Of a DNA stretch of 64,000 bases, positions 25,489-35,813 are shown piece after piece. Made by a program: the position numbers and the translations under genes. This stretch comes from an uncultured virus (IMG/VR IMGVR_UViG_3300034072_000228). Taxonomy: Duplodnaviria; Heunggongvirae; Uroviricota; Caudoviricetes. Positions within the stretch are counted from its first letter, which is position 1. The number at the start of each line of letters is the position of its first letter. Below the pieces are notes generated by a model. The model was not told the origin of the DNA and searched no databases. It saw only the letters and a program-made list of their open reading frames with translations. The stretch lies in IMG/VR virus record IMGVR_UViG_3300034072_000228. One strand, given 5' to 3'.

Positions 25489-25759
25489 ATACTACGACTC
25501 AGCCAACCTATTCAGCCCCAGGGTAAAGACCGATCGTTCACCTGACTTCCGCGGCGACGTGGAACTATCTGCTGAGCTATGCGCTTACATCACCAACAAA
25601 GTCAAGCATGGTGAGACGCCTAAGCTATCCCTATCCATGTGGACTAAGCAGGGCCGCAGCGGTGAATACTTCAACTGCAAAGTACGCCAAGGTTGGGAGC
25701 AAGAAGAGTCAAAGAAAGCGCCCGCCCCTCCAGTTGACGACAGCGACATTCCATTTTGA
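25478..25759 (+). CDS. Putative single-stranded DNA-binding protein
   Basis: PDFRG..S.W.K; acidic C-terminal DDSDIPF; follows erf. Confidence 0.7.
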   Translation: METKYYDSANLFSPRVKTDRSPDFRGDVELSAELCAYITNKVKHGETPKLSLSMWTKQGRSGEYFNCKVRQGWEQEESKKAPAPPVDDSDIPF

Positions 25760-26220
25760 CCATGAAGAAGATCAGACGGCGGCGGCCGATTAAGCGCACC
25801 AACTACAGGCTTACCGACCAAGACAAAGAGCAGCTAACCATCATGTATTACGAGGGCTATCACCCGATCGAAATAGCTGAGGTTATGAAGATCTCTGACA
25901 AGACGGCTTATAAGTTCTGCTCTGATAGATTCGCCCCGGTCAATAATGGATGGACAAGAGGTGCTCCTAGTATTGAAGAGCGCGACCTGATCATGCAAAG
26001 GCATAGCATGGGCGTATCTTTGTCTATGCTAGCCAGTGCTCATCGCAGGCCTGTATGGGTTATCAATCGGATCGTTAACCCAAAGCCAGCAGGTATTGCA
26101 TCCATCGAAGGTGCACCGGTTCATGCAAAGCCAGGAGAGATCTTTACAGTTCCACCTCAACCATCCTTCCTCGAAAAGGTAGGCAGCTTCTTTAGGAGGT
26201 TACTCGGTGGATCCAATTAA
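25756..26220 (+). CDS. HTH-containing protein
   Basis: EIAEVMKISDKTAYK plus a second HTH-like segment. Confidence 0.6.
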   Translation: MTMKKIRRRRPIKRTNYRLTDQDKEQLTIMYYEGYHPIEIAEVMKISDKTAYKFCSDRFAPVNNGWTRGAPSIEERDLIMQRHSMGVSLSMLASAHRRPVWVINRIVNPKPAGIASIEGAPVHAKPGEIFTVPPQPSFLEKVGSFFRRLLGGSN

Positions 26221-26629
26221 CTTTGAATGCGTCAAGGTATCCCTGCGTCAGAACAAAGAAGGTTTTATGCTGACACTGGCTATCCATCCAGATGATCTCA
26301 ACCAAGACCTTGTGCGTGACTTTGTAGGCTCACGTTACGCCGTGGCCATGGTTCGGATTGGTGAAGATGAGCAACCCTATGTCAGGCCAAAGGTCAGCAG
26401 CTTTGTGCAGACCGCAGGTATCTTGGCTAAAGATCCTGAGTTCCAACGCTGGTGCGTAGCTACCGGGTGGTGCTTCTCTCACTCTGAGGATGATGCTGCA
26501 CGGGCTATATGCGAGGCACTGAACATCGAGTCCCGATCAGAACTAGCTTCCAATACAGAAGCGCAAGGCGCATTGATTGATTTGCGTAAGGAGTTTGAAG
26601 AATGGAAGCAAAGTACAAACGAAAGCTAG
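26207..26629 (+). CDS. Conserved hypothetical protein
   Basis: AGILAKDPEFQRW..IESRSEL..N.EA. Confidence 0.7.
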   Translation: MDPINFECVKVSLRQNKEGFMLTLAIHPDDLNQDLVRDFVGSRYAVAMVRIGEDEQPYVRPKVSSFVQTAGILAKDPEFQRWCVATGWCFSHSEDDAARAICEALNIESRSELASNTEAQGALIDLRKEFEEWKQSTNES

Positions 26630-26934
26630 TGCCTTACCAAGTCTACCTGCGGCCCGACCAAGTTGAGAAGCTACGCGAGAAACCCGGCATGGCTTCAGAG
26701 CTTGTAAGGCAGGCGATTGATACGATCGGTGAAGCCCCTCTTGATTATCATGAGGGCTACCGTCAGGGTTTCGTAAAAGCCCAGACGGTTATTACCAAAT
26801 CCACCAAGGGGAATGCCATCACCGTATTTGGCAAGACCCTTAGTGATCTTATGTGTGATGAACTACAGGAACATATTGATGGATTATTCGGGCCACTTGA
26901 TCAAAGCAGACCAACTGATGAATCGCGTGTATGA
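26602..26934 (+). CDS. Hypothetical protein with ribbon-helix-helix-like N-terminus
   Basis: YQVYL..QVEKL..SELVRQAID. Confidence 0.6.
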   Translation: MEAKYKRKLVPYQVYLRPDQVEKLREKPGMASELVRQAIDTIGEAPLDYHEGYRQGFVKAQTVITKSTKGNAITVFGKTLSDLMCDELQEHIDGLFGPLDQSRPTDESRV

Positions 26935-27073
26935 CCTTTGCCAGAACAATGACTACATGACCGCCATGGAGCTTTGCCTGGAGGCTATTACAGAAATCAA
27001 GATGGCTTACAACGTGTTAAATCATTACAGTCAGCACAAGGACCAAATGATTGGTATATGGGAGAACAAATGA
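26876..27073 (+). CDS. Hypothetical protein
   Basis: Start MDYSGHL; ATGA coupled to the next gene. Confidence 0.55.
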   Translation: MMDYSGHLIKADQLMNRVYDLCQNNDYMTAMELCLEAITEIKMAYNVLNHYSQHKDQMIGIWENK

Positions 27074-27324
27074 AATCATGTCCGCCCTGCCACGGGGAAT
27101 GTAACCAAGGTCGGATCTGTCCGGCAAGGATCAGTCCAGCCTTTTCATCATGGGTTAAATGGCGCAAAAGAAAAAAAGAAACCATTTCCGTAAGCTATCT
27201 TCATTTCCTTATGTCTATTTCCGGAAGATCATACAGGGCGGGTTATGACGCTGGCATGGATGACGCTAAGAAAGTTGTTAAGAGCGGTGAAGAGTGGAAG
27301 CTTTGGGATAATGACCAAGCATGA
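27070..27324 (+). CDS. Hypothetical protein with Cys-rich N-terminus
   Basis: GGAG RBS; CPPC.G.CNQGR.CPAR. Confidence 0.65.
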   Translation: MKSCPPCHGECNQGRICPARISPAFSSWVKWRKRKKETISVSYLHFLMSISGRSYRAGYDAGMDDAKKVVKSGEEWKLWDNDQA

Positions 27325-27560
27325 ATAGCTACCCGACAGACATTAAATTTGAAGAGGACTGGATCGCACGTAAGCTTTGGGATCGCTGTATGCAATACAA
27401 AAAACGATACCCAGGATTTGATGCAGAAAGATTTTTTAAGGACGCATCAACGTGGACTAGAGCACAGCAACGTAGAGCGCCTTACATGACTGACAAAGAT
27501 ATTCAAACGTGGGGTAGGCACAGAAGATTCAATCAAGGTATGAGCAGGATCAATGACTAA
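27321..27560 (+). CDS. Hypothetical protein
   Basis: ATGA coupling. Confidence 0.55.
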   Translation: MNSYPTDIKFEEDWIARKLWDRCMQYKKRYPGFDAERFFKDASTWTRAQQRRAPYMTDKDIQTWGRHRRFNQGMSRIND

Positions 27561-27843
27561 AAAAGCTGATAAAGCGCACATGGATCGCGTCGCAAGTATT
27601 GGGTGCATCCTGTGCAAACACCTAGACCTTGGAGCGACCCCTGCTCAGATCCACCACATCCGGGAAGGCCAAGGTATGAGCCAGAGGGCTAGCAACTTTC
27701 TGGTGGTTCCTTTGTGCCCAACCCACCATACCGGAAGCCCTGGCGTCCATGGCCTTGGCGAGAGAGGGTTCTATACCCGCTATAAGCTTAGCGAGTTAGA
27801 CCTTCTTGCCATGACCTTGGAAGTACTTCAATCCTCTAAGTAA
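27553..27843 (+). CDS. Ref/DUF968-like HNH-type nuclease
   Basis: GCILC..AQIHH...G.G..PLCPTHH. Confidence 0.75.
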   Translation: MTKKADKAHMDRVASIGCILCKHLDLGATPAQIHHIREGQGMSQRASNFLVVPLCPTHHTGSPGVHGLGERGFYTRYKLSELDLLAMTLEVLQSSK

Positions 27844-30800
27844 ACTGTCTTCTCAAGCAACTCAGGGCGCTTGGCGCTAACAATAATCCCTTTCTCAGCA
27901 CGCTCTGACATCCGCTCACGTTGAGCAAACGAACGCTTGATCTTCTTTTCATCAATTTCATTACCAGGATTCTTGCTGCTGTATCGGATGATCTGCTCAC
28001 CAATATCATCCATCTCTTCATAGTCACCGCTCTTGTAAGCTAAGAACAGTTTTGACAGGAGCCTTTGCTCACGCTGAGCCAGTTGCTTATCAAGACTCTT
28101 AATCTCGCCCATGGCCTCGTAGCCACGCTGAAGATCCTGTGGCGTAAAGCCAAGTGACTGAGCAAAGACTCCCCACAACCCTACGTTTGGTACGATTGGA
28201 TCGCCACGCAAGGTTGTCGCACCCTCATGGTAGAACCTCCAGGCTTTGAAGAAGTCCTTCACAACAGGTGGTGACATCTCTTCCATACCTCTTGCGTAGT
28301 GACCTTCATTGATCTTCTTGATGCCACCAGCCACGTTAAGAACAATGCCTGCCGCCGGCCCAAGCATGTCGATCAGCATATTCTTGGCCCACTCCTCCTC
28401 ATCCTTAGCCATGGCGTCATCACGGAACCAGAGTCCATTGAGGTTAGCAAACCTGCTTACATCAACTTGTAAGATCTCTGACATTGGTCCTTTACTCAGC
28501 GCCCGTGACACGTTGTCACCAAACGCATTTGCCATAGCAACCTTTAGTTCTAGGCTGAAGTCATAAGGATCGTCTTCATCATCAAAGATAAGGTTCATAA
28601 CGCCTTCAATGATGTAGTAAAACGGCAGACCTTCATAACCTGCAAAGAGCGCTGTCATGCCCATAACACCAGTCAGACGCTTCCTTGCAGCTTTCTTGAT
28701 CCTTGTTAGTTCATCGTACTCACGCTTGGCAGCATATCGTTCATCCTCTGATAGACCTTTGTCTTGCGACTTCAGTAGCAGTGCATTCAACTCACGCGTA
28801 TTGGGGAGAGAATCCTTAATTGCCTGTGCGATGAAGGCTGTCATCTGCTGCGCGTAGTTCTTGAACTGTAGCGTTACCTGTGCAATCGGATGACGTAAGA
28901 ACCTAGCCTTAGTTTCTTTTGCATACTCAAAATGAATCTGGCGAATCATTTCTCTTGCGAGCTGTATCGTCTGGGCTTTATTCATCCCCTTGGATTGAGC
29001 AAGCCTAACCACTGCAAGTGCTGTAACTTGGCGGTTTGCAATTTCTGCCAGATTAAATCCATAACCAAGAATCATGGACGCCTTGTCAAGGACGCCCAAC
29101 GACTTTGACTTAAGGATGCTCTTAAAGCCGGTCGCATATAAACCACTCGGGCGTTCAGCTAAACCAGCCAAGGAAAGCGTTTGAGTCTGATTTGTCAGGC
29201 CTTCAAGCTCTGACATGATTTCGGCTTCTTCCTTAAGCTTTGCAGATCCACTCGCCTTGGCTTGTTTTTCTAACATGCCTATCAGGTCATACTGCGCCGT
29301 GCCTTTTTTCCTCGATGACTTTAAATCTGAAAAGGCTTTGAAGATTTCCTTGCTTGCCCTTGCAAACGAAACATCAAACTCACCTGCAAGTGTTGGTATC
29401 CCAATGACCGGCGTTTGGATTAAGTTACCAAGAGCAGAAGCAGGAGCGGTCAAGTAATACAAAAACGCAAAGTTTGTAATCTTTGACCAAACTGGGTGCA
29501 CATCCTTTGGATTGCTGAAGTCAGAATGCTGTGCCTTCAACTCCTGCAAGTAACGGTCACGGGCAATATTCCTTACACCCTTTTGTGAATCAGAGTACCG
29601 CTGCGCCTCACTGATGATGGCATCTAGCGTGGGGCCATACTCCATTCTTGCTAGGTTGTACGCACTATGGAATGCTGAATCAGCAAATGCACGGCGCATA
29701 TCAAGCGTAGCACCGGCAACCTTCTTGGCGTGAATAAAGTTCTTCTGTACAGACAACTCAGGAAGCATGGACAGGTAAGCCTGATACACATCATCCTTAA
29801 GCCTGTTCTTCAAATCCATCGCCCGGCCAGCGGAGTCTGAAAGCGTTGGCTGATCAGTCTTATCGATGGCAGCAAAGATCTTATTGATGAAGGCAGACTT
29901 GATGACGCCCTCGGTGAAAAGCTCTTTGGTATCTACACCACTCTTGAGGTTGATGATCTTGCCGCTTGCTACATCCTTGGCAATACTTTCCTCATGCTTG
30001 CGAAGGTCGGCCAAGGATTCAAACATCTCTTGGTACGGTTTCGTCCCGCCATTAGGTAGTTTGATGTTGTAAGCAATAAAGTACTGACCAAACCTGCTAA
30101 GAGGAAAATACGGACCTTCGCTTTCAAACTTCTGGAACTCATAGTCCAACTCACGCAAACTCTTGGCGCGTTCATTAACGTCCGTGATCTTGGTGGTGAT
30201 GATCCTCTTAAGAATCTCCCTCTTATCATTAAGCTGTTTCTTGTAGAAATCACGAAGCTCCTTGAAGATCGTTTCGCCTTCCGTGCCCTTGATCATCTCC
30301 CAGTTCTTACGGAAAGATTCACTCTTGATCTTTGCTTCTTTCTCAGGAATCGTTGGGTCAATGCCTGACATACGGGCGTCTAGGATTACCTTATCTAACG
30401 CTTCACCCAGCTTAGGATTTTTGTCAGCCCACTGGTCCCACTTCTCACGAAGCTTGCTTGCGGTGGTCAGTTTTTTATCCCTCTCTACCATCATCTGGTT
30501 TAGCACATCGTAATACTGACGTACCTGCGGCAGGTCTTTCTTGGCTAGCTCTGCAATCTGTCTGAGGTTCAGGAACTGCAATAACGTCTGAGCGTTATCT
30601 GCCGTCGCATCCTTAACGTATTGACCAAGCTTTTCCTTGGCAGCCGCAAAGGACGGCGTGTCCTTGATCATCGTATCCATGGACTTCATGCCTTCAGCAG
30701 GCGTGTCATCAATCTTGTCTACGGCGTTGAATAGATCTTGCTGCTCTTGTGGAGATAGATCCTTACCGGCGTCAGTTAATCCTTCAACGCTACGGCGCAT

Positions 30801-33800
30801 GTATTGGATTTCAGTGTCGCTTGGCTCTAGCTGATCTTTCATGAACAAAGCCATCTGGTCCTTCACACCCAGTGGCTTAGCTTCTACGCGTACAGGGGCT
30901 ATGTCTTTGACACTAGCCGTAACCTTATCCATGTACTGCTTAAAGGTTTCATTAGGCAGGTACTTTTGATTGCGTACCTTGGCGTAAAAGGATTTCAGTG
31001 CATCTGCAAGACGCTTGAAGAACCTCTCTACTACCGTCAGTGGCTTCTCGGATGTCGTTGCCCAACGTGATACTTGGTCTGCGTACCACTCGCCAAAGCT
31101 CTTCCAATAAGGAGTTAGATCCTCAAACTTGGTCTTCTCTCCGGCCTGCGTAGTCTTCCCAACACCTCGCGCCCGCATGGACTCGATGTAATCCTTGGCC
31201 GATTTGCCCTTAGAGGAATTCAGAAACTTATCAAACTCATCACGTATGGAACGCTGCGTTGCAAGATCTGCATTCCTGAATGACTCACGCTCATGGATGT
31301 GGCCAAGCTCATGGGCCAATGTCTCTAGCATCCGCGTAACTGATGCGTCCTTGGTAAAGGCTATGTAGTAATTACCATCGGGCATCTTCCTCATAGACCC
31401 AAGGTCATCACTAAGCGCAGCCGAACCGATCGTGCGATGCGGCCCTGTGAACTTACCGCGATTGGCAACTATATCGTCCATGGTTGTGACATAGACGCCC
31501 TGAGGAATCTTAAGAAGTTTCTTCCATCCTGCAATCACACCAGCCAGTTCTGGCGATATGCTTTGCGACATTGCGACACCATCGGCATCAAACTTGATGA
31601 ATGGTGATTTGTCATGCAGAGCTTTGTCTTTCTTTTCAAGCGCTTCCTTGGCCGCAACTAATCTCGCCTTTTGAGGCGCATTGATTAAATTGCCTGTGTA
31701 ATTCTCTACGTCTGTGCGCGAACGGAAAGACCCATTGGCAACTACGTAAACAGGGTCGCCGGTTAGTAAGGCATGTGCCCGGATGAGTGCAAGATCCCCG
31801 TCCTGCCACACCACAACCCCACCCAAATTATCTGCATGAGTTTGCGATGTTTTAGACTGGCCTGCCGTAGCCTTCATCATCGGCTGTGCACGGCGCTCTT
31901 CCAGGTCAGCTAGCGCCTGCTCTATCTCTTGCCGGTTCTCTTGGAAGTACGCATAAGCCTCATCTGTATCAGGCAACGTCTTGTCCATCATCTGCTCGGC
32001 ATAAGACTGAGGCGTATAGGCTACTTCAACTCTGGCAGCTTCACGTTCAGGTCTGGCAGCTTCGCTAGGTTCAGCAACTCGTTCTTCGCCTTCGGGGATA
32101 GCTTGTTCCACTTGCTCATAAACAACTCTTTGCTCATCGGCAGCTTCCGCGGCTTCAAGATTGGCTTCAAGTTCACTGCGAAACTCCCTAATCATGGTTA
32201 ACACTTCGTCTAGCTTGAGATCTAAATCAGCAAGCTCAGCCTTCGTTGTATCGCTTACATAATCAAAATTCAGGATGCGGTCTTTGAGGTACTCAACCGC
32301 CTCGTTTTGCTTCATCTTCTGGTCAAAGACATCCGCTCTATCAACCGCTACAGATGAGTATTCACCAAGCCATGGGTCCAAGAGCCCGCTCACAACAGCC
32401 TTATCAAGGTTCTTGTCAGACTGTGTTTTGCGTATATCCGCCACGTCCTTGGCGCTTACTCCAGCCTTCTTGAGCGCATTCAGGAATGTATCGCCTTGTG
32501 ACTTACGCTTGCGCTCCCTAGCCTCGACAGCTTCCTTTTGTGTCGCTAGTTCACCAGCCTGCTTCTCTAGTTCAGCTATCTGCTCTGTGATCCTTTGATC
32601 CTCTTCGCTTAACGGCGCCGGACCTTCCATGGGAGGAGGCTCAACAAACTCTGGCGGCCCTACCACTTGTTCAGCAACTGCTGGCGGCGCTGCTAACTGA
32701 AGCGTTTCTGATGGCGGCACAGGAATGCTTGTCTCGGCAGATGGCGCTGCTTTTTGAGTAGGTTGCACAGCAGCCGCCTGCTCTTCCCCTAATCTCTTTT
32801 CTATTGCCGGTGCATTGTTGGCGTAAAACTGCTGATCCTCGGGTGTTGTACGAGGAACACCAGCCATAATGTCCGCAACAAATTGCTCGAAATACTTCTG
32901 GTCAACCGGTGTTTCTGTGAAGATTTCGGGCGGCACTTGATAGCCAACACTTGAAGGAGTTGGCGTAAGTGCTTGATCTGTAACGGGTGGGGGGGTAATT
33001 CCGCCCACGGGCGGAATTTGATACTTAAGTAGGGGGTCTGTCGTTTCAGGCTGTGTAACTTGTGGCTCAGCAACAGTGGCTTGCTGAGGTGGCGCGGGTT
33101 GTTCAACAGGCTGTTCAACAGGCATACCGAGACGCTGTATACCTCTGCCAGCCGCACCTAATGCGCCACCGCTTATGGTTCCTGTAAGGCCAGCCTCGAA
33201 ATATTCCCGCAGCCGCTTTGGCGAAAAGAGTTCGTAGTTTTCATCAACATACTTGACTGCAACATTTGACAAAAACTCCTGAGCCGCCTCAGTTAAACCT
33301 TCTTTGGGCGCCGTCTTAGCAGCAGCTAGTCCGATGTCTTTGGCAGCTTCTTTAAATCCAGCACGCTTGGTCATTTCTTCAACCATCTTGGCGCGACCAA
33401 ATCCACCAAGCTTGTTTAGGAATGATGCAGGTGCAACAAGATCAAGGAATGTCTGAAAACTTGCTGCGACAGATGCGACACCTGGACGTAGCTGACCGGT
33501 TTCTTCAAGAACCTTGGAGAATGTTTCAGGAGCGTTTAGCGCGTAGCCTCCAGCACCAGCCCCACCAAGGGCAGCTCGTTGGGTGACTTGGGCAGCACGT
33601 GCAGCGCCAGCAGATTCAGCAGCCGCAGAAGACAAACCTCTGGCAAGGGCAGCTTCTGTAGCAGAGGCTCCAGCCCGTGCAGCAAGACCTCGCGCACCGG
33701 CAGCAGCAACTCCTCCAGGTAAAAGCATAGCAAGTCCATAAGGCAAGGCCTCCGCAATACGCTCATAACCAAAGCCAAGAGCGGATAAAGGACCCGTCAC

Positions 33801-34118
33801 ATCCTCTGAGGACTGATACATACGGGGAAGCCTTTCCTCCCGTTCTGCATATTCCTGCTTGGCTTCTTCCATCAGGCCACGTGCGGCAACATCTTGGCCG
33901 ATCGCAGCAAGCCCCATGGCGGGCAACTCTTTGCGGATGGACGTACCGATATTCTCAAATGTTCTCTGAATCGGGCGGAATGCTACTTGGGATGTGGAAT
34001 ACTGAGGCTCCTGCCCGTATTCCATCTGCATACCGCGAATGATGTTTTGGTAATCCTGTGGTTTTAAACCTTCAGGAAGTCTTACCGCACCATACCCAGG
34101 AACATTAAAGACTGGCAT
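27828..34118 (-). CDS. Large polyvalent or ejection protein with zincin metallopeptidase and PLxRFG-type region
   Basis: 2096 aa, last gene of the virion operon; LAHELGHIHE..EWYADQ; YFPLSRFG. Confidence 0.75.
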   Translation of the reverse strand: MPVFNVPGYGAVRLPEGLKPQDYQNIIRGMQMEYGQEPQYSTSQVAFRPIQRTFENIGTSIRKELPAMGLAAIGQDVAARGLMEEAKQEYAEREERLPRMYQSSEDVTGPLSALGFGYERIAEALPYGLAMLLPGGVAAAGARGLAARAGASATEAALARGLSSAAAESAGAARAAQVTQRAALGGAGAGGYALNAPETFSKVLEETGQLRPGVASVAASFQTFLDLVAPASFLNKLGGFGRAKMVEEMTKRAGFKEAAKDIGLAAAKTAPKEGLTEAAQEFLSNVAVKYVDENYELFSPKRLREYFEAGLTGTISGGALGAAGRGIQRLGMPVEQPVEQPAPPQQATVAEPQVTQPETTDPLLKYQIPPVGGITPPPVTDQALTPTPSSVGYQVPPEIFTETPVDQKYFEQFVADIMAGVPRTTPEDQQFYANNAPAIEKRLGEEQAAAVQPTQKAAPSAETSIPVPPSETLQLAAPPAVAEQVVGPPEFVEPPPMEGPAPLSEEDQRITEQIAELEKQAGELATQKEAVEARERKRKSQGDTFLNALKKAGVSAKDVADIRKTQSDKNLDKAVVSGLLDPWLGEYSSVAVDRADVFDQKMKQNEAVEYLKDRILNFDYVSDTTKAELADLDLKLDEVLTMIREFRSELEANLEAAEAADEQRVVYEQVEQAIPEGEERVAEPSEAARPEREAARVEVAYTPQSYAEQMMDKTLPDTDEAYAYFQENRQEIEQALADLEERRAQPMMKATAGQSKTSQTHADNLGGVVVWQDGDLALIRAHALLTGDPVYVVANGSFRSRTDVENYTGNLINAPQKARLVAAKEALEKKDKALHDKSPFIKFDADGVAMSQSISPELAGVIAGWKKLLKIPQGVYVTTMDDIVANRGKFTGPHRTIGSAALSDDLGSMRKMPDGNYYIAFTKDASVTRMLETLAHELGHIHERESFRNADLATQRSIRDEFDKFLNSSKGKSAKDYIESMRARGVGKTTQAGEKTKFEDLTPYWKSFGEWYADQVSRWATTSEKPLTVVERFFKRLADALKSFYAKVRNQKYLPNETFKQYMDKVTASVKDIAPVRVEAKPLGVKDQMALFMKDQLEPSDTEIQYMRRSVEGLTDAGKDLSPQEQQDLFNAVDKIDDTPAEGMKSMDTMIKDTPSFAAAKEKLGQYVKDATADNAQTLLQFLNLRQIAELAKKDLPQVRQYYDVLNQMMVERDKKLTTASKLREKWDQWADKNPKLGEALDKVILDARMSGIDPTIPEKEAKIKSESFRKNWEMIKGTEGETIFKELRDFYKKQLNDKREILKRIITTKITDVNERAKSLRELDYEFQKFESEGPYFPLSRFGQYFIAYNIKLPNGGTKPYQEMFESLADLRKHEESIAKDVASGKIINLKSGVDTKELFTEGVIKSAFINKIFAAIDKTDQPTLSDSAGRAMDLKNRLKDDVYQAYLSMLPELSVQKNFIHAKKVAGATLDMRRAFADSAFHSAYNLARMEYGPTLDAIISEAQRYSDSQKGVRNIARDRYLQELKAQHSDFSNPKDVHPVWSKITNFAFLYYLTAPASALGNLIQTPVIGIPTLAGEFDVSFARASKEIFKAFSDLKSSRKKGTAQYDLIGMLEKQAKASGSAKLKEEAEIMSELEGLTNQTQTLSLAGLAERPSGLYATGFKSILKSKSLGVLDKASMILGYGFNLAEIANRQVTALAVVRLAQSKGMNKAQTIQLAREMIRQIHFEYAKETKARFLRHPIAQVTLQFKNYAQQMTAFIAQAIKDSLPNTRELNALLLKSQDKGLSEDERYAAKREYDELTRIKKAARKRLTGVMGMTALFAGYEGLPFYYIIEGVMNLIFDDEDDPYDFSLELKVAMANAFGDNVSRALSKGPMSEILQVDVSRFANLNGLWFRDDAMAKDEEEWAKNMLIDMLGPAAGIVLNVAGGIKKINEGHYARGMEEMSPPVVKDFFKAWRFYHEGATTLRGDPIVPNVGLWGVFAQSLGFTPQDLQRGYEAMGEIKSLDKQLAQREQRLLSKLFLAYKSGDYEEMDDIGEQIIRYSSKNPGNEIDEKKIKRSFAQRERMSERAEKGIIVSAKRPELLEKTVYLED
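32995..33037 (+). repeat. Dispersed 43-bp element, copy 3
   Basis: GT-AATTCCGCCCACGGGCGGAATT-TGATACTTAAGTAGGGGGT. Confidence 0.9.
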
Positions 34119-35813
34119 TTATTGGGCACCTCTTCTTGCGTATGCTTGCACCTGTTCATTTGACGGAGTAAAGATGCCAGCCTGACCAGGGAATCCAAAC
34201 ATCTGCGCGTAACGGCGAATGACGGCTTCTTGCTCCGCACGCATTTTGTCGCCAAGGCTTGGCTTTCTTTCGTTCGTTTTTGGATCAATCTTTCCAGGCT
34301 CTCGCCAGTTTTCCGGGACGCTGCCGCCAATTCCTGTGCCGCCAAAGCCAAGTGTAGGTTTAGCCATCGCCTCATATTTATCTTGAATTGCCTTGATTTC
34401 AGCTTGAACTTGAGGCATCTGAAAAATCTCACGAATTTCTTTAGAAGCCTGAAGCGGGTTAATTGGTTTTTCACCCGTTCCTTTTGGTTGCATAGCTCTG
34501 GCCAATCCCATGCCAACCTCAAGAGGCATCATGGCCTGATCTTGTTGTAGCTTCTGAGCTTGAAGTCTATAAGTACGCTCTTCTTTTGCTGCTCTCTCTG
34601 CCGCATCGTAATCACCACGGCGTACCGCATCTTGATACTTTGCATGGGCCAACTGTGCCTGCAACGAAGCTTGTTGCATTGCACGATTCTCTGCGCCCAT
34701 GGACTTCTTAACATCCTCACCGGCTTGTAGCCCACTAGCTAAACCAGATAAGAAGTTGCGGTCCTTACTTCCCATCATAGCTAAAGCTATCTGGCGATTA
34801 GCTGCTTTATCTATATCTTGCTTAGATGCTTGTTGACCATAGAACTGCTTAAGCTGTTCCATGATTGGAGATATTTGATCAGGGAATCGCTTCTGCCGTT
34901 CGTCATACAGCGTTCCGGCACGGGCTGCAGTTTCTGCCGCAAGTTCTGGCTGAATCTGTGGAACGCCAGCCAAACCCTTTTTACCCATAGCTATAATCTG
35001 CTCAATACCCATAGGTGGGGGCGCAGCAGGGGCTTGCTGCATAGGAATAACAGCTTGTCTTTGCGGGGGCTGTTGTGCACTTTGCTGCTGTTGTGAAGGC
35101 TGTTGAGGCGCTGGTATTTCACCTCTTTCCCTACGCAATGCGTCATAGTATGGTGTCATGCTACTTCTATCGCCGCCGTAGTATGACTCTGGCAAGTATG
35201 GGATATTTACACCCATGGCACGCAAAGGCCTTGTTATTGCTGACTCAGCCGCACCGCCTATCGCTCTGAAAGGTAAAGAGCCAATATCCATAGCAGCAGC
35301 ACCAACAGACCTCATGCTTTCTGCCATGGCCTCCCTATCCCTTCTTTTCCTTTCCTCATCATCCTCTTTGGTTCCGCCAACCAAGTCACCTCCTTTAAAG
35401 GCGACAATACCACCACCAGCCATACCCTGTGGAGCAACTGCACCTAATCCAACCTGTGGTTGCATTTGCGGTTGCATTTGCGGTTGCATTTGTTGCATTT
35501 GTGGTTGCTGCGACGGAGCCATCTGCATAGGCTGTGGCTCTTGCGGTGCATTCATACCAGGCGGCATCATGGGCATCGTCGGCGCCATGGACTCAGCCAG
35601 TTGTGCAACTACAGGCTTATTGGGCTTTTGCGCTCTCTGGTTGTACCGCTTACGCATGTCATCCCGGCGAGCCATTTCCGCCGCGGCAAAGATCGCTAGC
35701 TTAGGATCTTGTGCGTATTTAGGTAGCATCTGATCAGGCACTGACTTAAACATCTCCATAGCCTCAAGGATATTGACATCCCCACCAAGGCCGGTATTTG
35801 CTTGTGCGAACAT
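34119..35813 (-). CDS. Putative internal virion or ejection protein
   Basis: Q/A-rich helical protein with MAGGGIVAF motif; synteny. Confidence 0.65.
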   Translation of the reverse strand: MFAQANTGLGGDVNILEAMEMFKSVPDQMLPKYAQDPKLAIFAAAEMARRDDMRKRYNQRAQKPNKPVVAQLAESMAPTMPMMPPGMNAPQEPQPMQMAPSQQPQMQQMQPQMQPQMQPQVGLGAVAPQGMAGGGIVAFKGGDLVGGTKEDDEERKRRDREAMAESMRSVGAAAMDIGSLPFRAIGGAAESAITRPLRAMGVNIPYLPESYYGGDRSSMTPYYDALRRERGEIPAPQQPSQQQQSAQQPPQRQAVIPMQQAPAAPPPMGIEQIIAMGKKGLAGVPQIQPELAAETAARAGTLYDERQKRFPDQISPIMEQLKQFYGQQASKQDIDKAANRQIALAMMGSKDRNFLSGLASGLQAGEDVKKSMGAENRAMQQASLQAQLAHAKYQDAVRRGDYDAAERAAKEERTYRLQAQKLQQDQAMMPLEVGMGLARAMQPKGTGEKPINPLQASKEIREIFQMPQVQAEIKAIQDKYEAMAKPTLGFGGTGIGGSVPENWREPGKIDPKTNERKPSLGDKMRAEQEAVIRRYAQMFGFPGQAGIFTPSNEQVQAYARRGAQ

